Shown piece by piece: positions 61,348 through 64,000 of a stretch of 64,000 nt of DNA. The DNA lies in NCBI GenBank assembly GCA_964458775.1, contig CAYWLQ010000008.1, positions 2,895 to 66,894 of the forward strand. The letters run 5' to 3'. Every line of letters begins with the position of its first letter. Position 1 is the first letter of the stretch. Under the pieces are notes generated by a model. It made no database searches and was not told the DNA's origin. It was given only the letters and a program-made list of their open reading frames with translations. Made by a program: the position numbers and the translations under genes. This DNA comes from an uncultured Myxococcales bacterium. GTDB taxonomy: Bacteria > Myxococcota_A > Polyangia > JAAYKL01.

Positions 61348-64000
61348 TTAGTTCTTCTCATCGTCTTCGATCAAGAAATCATCATCATCTAACAGTAAAT
61401 CAGAATCTTCTGCTCCGTCGTTATTATCATCAACCTGTTCGCCGCCCATTACAGGCCAAGGAGCATCGTCTTCGGCAATTGAAGTATCTTCTATCGGAAG
61501 TTCGTCCGATGAACTCAAAGTGTCATTCTCACTGTCTTCGTCCGCCTCGACCGATTCGTCCTCTTGGTCCATTTCATCTGCTGTGTCCGTTTCGCCCTCT
61601 TCGTCCGTTTCGCTCTCTTCGTCCGTTTCGTCCTCTTCTTCCTCTCCGTCTGCTTCGGCCAATGCCTTCTCTTCAGCTTCATTGGAGTTATCCGATGATG
61701 AATTGTTTTCTTCTGACATAGGTTCTTCTTCAACAGGATTGTCAGGAGGAGGAGGCATTGAAATCAAAGCTTGTATATCTTCATCATCATCTTCAGCGGA
61801 ATTATCATCCTCTGTTTCCTGTTTTCGTACATCTCCCTTTGTAAGTCTATCGATCGCAGCAACCGCATCTTTGTCATTTGGCCAAATGGTAAGAGCCTGT
61901 TCATACCAATCTTTGGCTTCGTATCGGTTGCCGATTTCATTCTCCCATACTGAGCCGATACGAAGTAAGATGTTTTTCTTAGCCTCATCATCAGAGGTGT
62001 TGTCTAGTTGTCGCTCAAGGATGTTGACCAAATCATTCCATTTGCGTGAGATTTCATAGTGTGAAACCAAAGCCTCATATGCCCGCGTATCCGAAGAGTC
62101 GAGTTGGATAATCTGCCAATAATGTTCTGCTGCTTCTTCCGGCTGTTGTAGATGCTCTTGAAGTATTCTGCCTCGCCGTCTATGAAGGGCGACTGCAACT
62201 TCCATATCAAAAGTTTCATCCAGCACATCTTGATAATGATCGACAAGCCCTCTCCAATTATTGTCTCTGCCTGCCAACTCCTCTAGTTTGTCGAGAGTTC
62301 GATCATCCTTGGGATTAACCGAGAGGTTTTCTTTTAACACCTCAAAAGCAGCATTGAGATTTTTTAGCTTGTCCAGGTATATTTCGCTGATTTGACACAA
62401 ACACATAAAAAGCTTGTCTGTATCTTTTTTATATTCATCTGACAAAGCACGATATGTCTCAATAAGGCGATTCCAGTATGTTCCCGACTCAGACGGCACA
62501 AGGTCAGCCTCCAAAGAGGCTATTTCGGCCCAAAGCTTTTCGGTGTTTTCTTTTTCAAACGGATCCAGTCTAAGTGCATCTAAAATCATTACCAGAGCAG
62601 CATCTGTGTCACCCTTTTTATCTTTCAGCATCGCGGCGGCGCGAAGCTTCAAGGCAACTTTCTTTTCCATTTCAGATGTCAAATTGGCACATCCGTTATA
62701 AATACGAACCAAATCATCCCATCTCTGTGATATTTGGCCTAATTCTTCGACTTTTTGAAGCAGTTCGTCGCTATCAGGATCCAACTCAAACGCTCTAATG
62801 CTAATTTCGAAAGCGTCTGACGGTCTATTAGCTTTATCTTTTAACACATTAGCATAGCGAACCAGTAGATCGATTTTTTTGGTTTTATCTTCTATTCTAT
62901 TTGCCAGCACACCGTAAACAGTAGACAATCGCTGCCAATTTTGAACATTAACAGCAAGTCTGTCCACCATATCCAAAAGTGTTTCGTTATCAGGTTCTAA
63001 ACCGAACGCGCGTAAAACAGCCTCAAGTGCTTGAGCCGGATTATTTAGATTATTTTCTAGAATATCAGCAGCCTTGAGCCACCATTCAACTTGTACTGCA
63101 GGAACGGTTGACTTTTTGGTCATCAATCCGGCCAAATCAATCAGCTCTTTCCAAAGTTCCATTCGACGGGCAGCCTGCTCAACTTGGCTGACAGCTTCTT
63201 CTAGATGGCCTAGTTTGTCGAGTATCTCAACATACCAAGTCCAAGCTTTTTTCTTATCGGCCAGATTGTTTTCGCAGATTGTAGCGCCTTTTGTAAGAAA
63301 ACCAAAACGTACCTGATCATCTGATGCGGATTTGGCTCTGGCATATAACAATTTAAGGAGCTTGTCCCATTGGCCGAGTTTTGTATAAACGTCTTCGAGC
63401 GCTTCAAGAATTGCGACATCCTCTTTATCAATCTGTACTGCTTTCTCGTAAGCATCCATCGCTCGTTCTATGTCTTTGAGTTCTTGTGTACACCAGGAAC
63501 CCAAAGTAAGAAGCATTGACTTTGACAATGTAGGATTCTGTGAGTAGGAGATGCGTTGGTCCAGCAAATCAGCTGCTTCTGAGAATCGGTTTTCCGCTAC
63601 TAGAATTTCTGTCAATAGATTCAAAGTAGCATCGTGAGACGGGTCTACCTCTTTTAAAATTCTTTCAAGTTCGGATATTGCTGACGGCCTGTTTGAAAGT
63701 TTACTGTCAATTGTTACTGCTCGATTGTAAAGAATATCTGCGCGTTGTTTATGATCTTCGGCATAGGATGCTTGCTGTTCCAATACGTTGACGAATGAAT
63801 CCCATTGCTCGTTGCGCTCATAATATCTACTAAGAGCACCGAGAGATTCGGCATCAGGTTGAATTTCCAGCACAGCCTTCCACGATTCCATAGCATCGCT
63901 TTCTCTGTGCAGCGGTCCTTCCAATACTCTGGCGCACTCTCTGTACAATTCGGCCTGTTCTGCTCGATCCGCAGAGGCTTCGATGCGCTTTTTTAGAGAT
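61348..64000 (-). CDS. TPR-repeat protein with ~150-aa polyacidic C-terminal tail (5' end truncated by window edge)
   Basis: Frame stays open upstream of the listed TTG at 63946-48 (…KKRIEASADRAEQAELYRECARVLE…), so the gene continues past 64000; >15 TPR-like helical hairpins; Asp/Glu-rich tail. Confidence 0.7.
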   Translation of the reverse strand, partial: SLKKRIEASADRAEQAELYRECARVLEGPLHRESDAMESWKAVLEIQPDAESLGALSRYYERNEQWDSFVNVLEQQASYAEDHKQRADILYNRAVTIDSKLSNRPSAISELERILKEVDPSHDATLNLLTEILVAENRFSEAADLLDQRISYSQNPTLSKSMLLTLGSWCTQELKDIERAMDAYEKAVQIDKEDVAILEALEDVYTKLGQWDKLLKLLYARAKSASDDQVRFGFLTKGATICENNLADKKKAWTWYVEILDKLGHLEEAVSQVEQAARRMELWKELIDLAGLMTKKSTVPAVQVEWWLKAADILENNLNNPAQALEAVLRAFGLEPDNETLLDMVDRLAVNVQNWQRLSTVYGVLANRIEDKTKKIDLLVRYANVLKDKANRPSDAFEISIRAFELDPDSDELLQKVEELGQISQRWDDLVRIYNGCANLTSEMEKKVALKLRAAAMLKDKKGDTDAALVMILDALRLDPFEKENTEKLWAEIASLEADLVPSESGTYWNRLIETYRALSDEYKKDTDKLFMCLCQISEIYLDKLKNLNAAFEVLKENLSVNPKDDRTLDKLEELAGRDNNWRGLVDHYQDVLDETFDMEVAVALHRRRGRILQEHLQQPEEAAEHYWQIIQLDSSDTRAYEALVSHYEISRKWNDLVNILERQLDNTSDDEAKKNILLRIGSVWENEIGNRYEAKDWYEQALTIWPNDKDAVAAIDRLTKGDVRKQETEDDNSAEDDDEDIQALISMPPPPDNPVEEEPMSEENNSSSDNSNEAEEKALAEADGEEEEDETDEESETDEEGETDTADEMDQEDESVEADEDSENDTLSSSDELPIEDTSIAEDDAPWPVMGGEQVDDNNDGAEDSDLLLDDDDFLIEDDEKN

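Noticed and set aside
61479-62059. Plus-strand Ser-rich ORFs (61479-61721, 61520-62059) and minus ORF 61515-61733
   Set aside because: Antisense or frame-shifted readings of the GAA/GAT-rich DNA encoding the TPR protein's polyacidic tail.

Overview
This is a 64-kb bacterial chromosomal segment of about 45% GC with dense coding on both strands and no rRNA, tRNA, CRISPR or obvious mobile element.

Housekeeping blocks:
- rimP-nusA-ylxR-infB-DUF503-rbfA(fused to a DHH nanoRNase)-truB (33.3-41.8 kb).
- dprA-topA-trmFO (25.3-30.0 kb), together with prmC, proC, RNase J, yjbQ, a split transketolase, plsC and rubrerythrin.

Accessory and signalling content is unusually rich:
- Two sigma-54 enhancer-binding proteins lack receiver domains: an FHA-GAF-sigma54 activator, and a 1728-aa Ser/Thr-kinase-STAND-TPR-GAF-sigma54-HTH protein.
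- A PEGA-type membrane Ser/Thr kinase, a hybrid PAS histidine kinase and a phoB/phoR-like pair.
- An orphan CpaC-like secretin.
- A cobalamin riboswitch in front of a BtuF/BtuCD-type ABC importer.

A 17-kb co-directional minus-strand run (7.9-25.2 kb) carries the most unusual genes:
- Two lipoprotein GH43 glycosidases, and a secreted esterase elsewhere, are attached through very long pure Asp-Thr/Asp-Ala/Asp-Ser dipeptide repeat stalks encoded by 6/12-bp tandem DNA repeats.
- A four-gene translationally coupled cassette runs ECF sigma, zinc-finger anti-sigma, secreted caspase-like (peptidase C14) protein with a putative C-terminal beta-barrel, then acidic lipoprotein. This is the best candidate for an undescribed signalling system.
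- A paralogous pair of large envelope proteins (one with a LysM insertion) sits downstream of truB.

Gene content (FHA-bEBPs, PknK-like kinase, PEGA, many lipoproteins) is Myxococcota/deltaproteobacteria-like. This is inference only.
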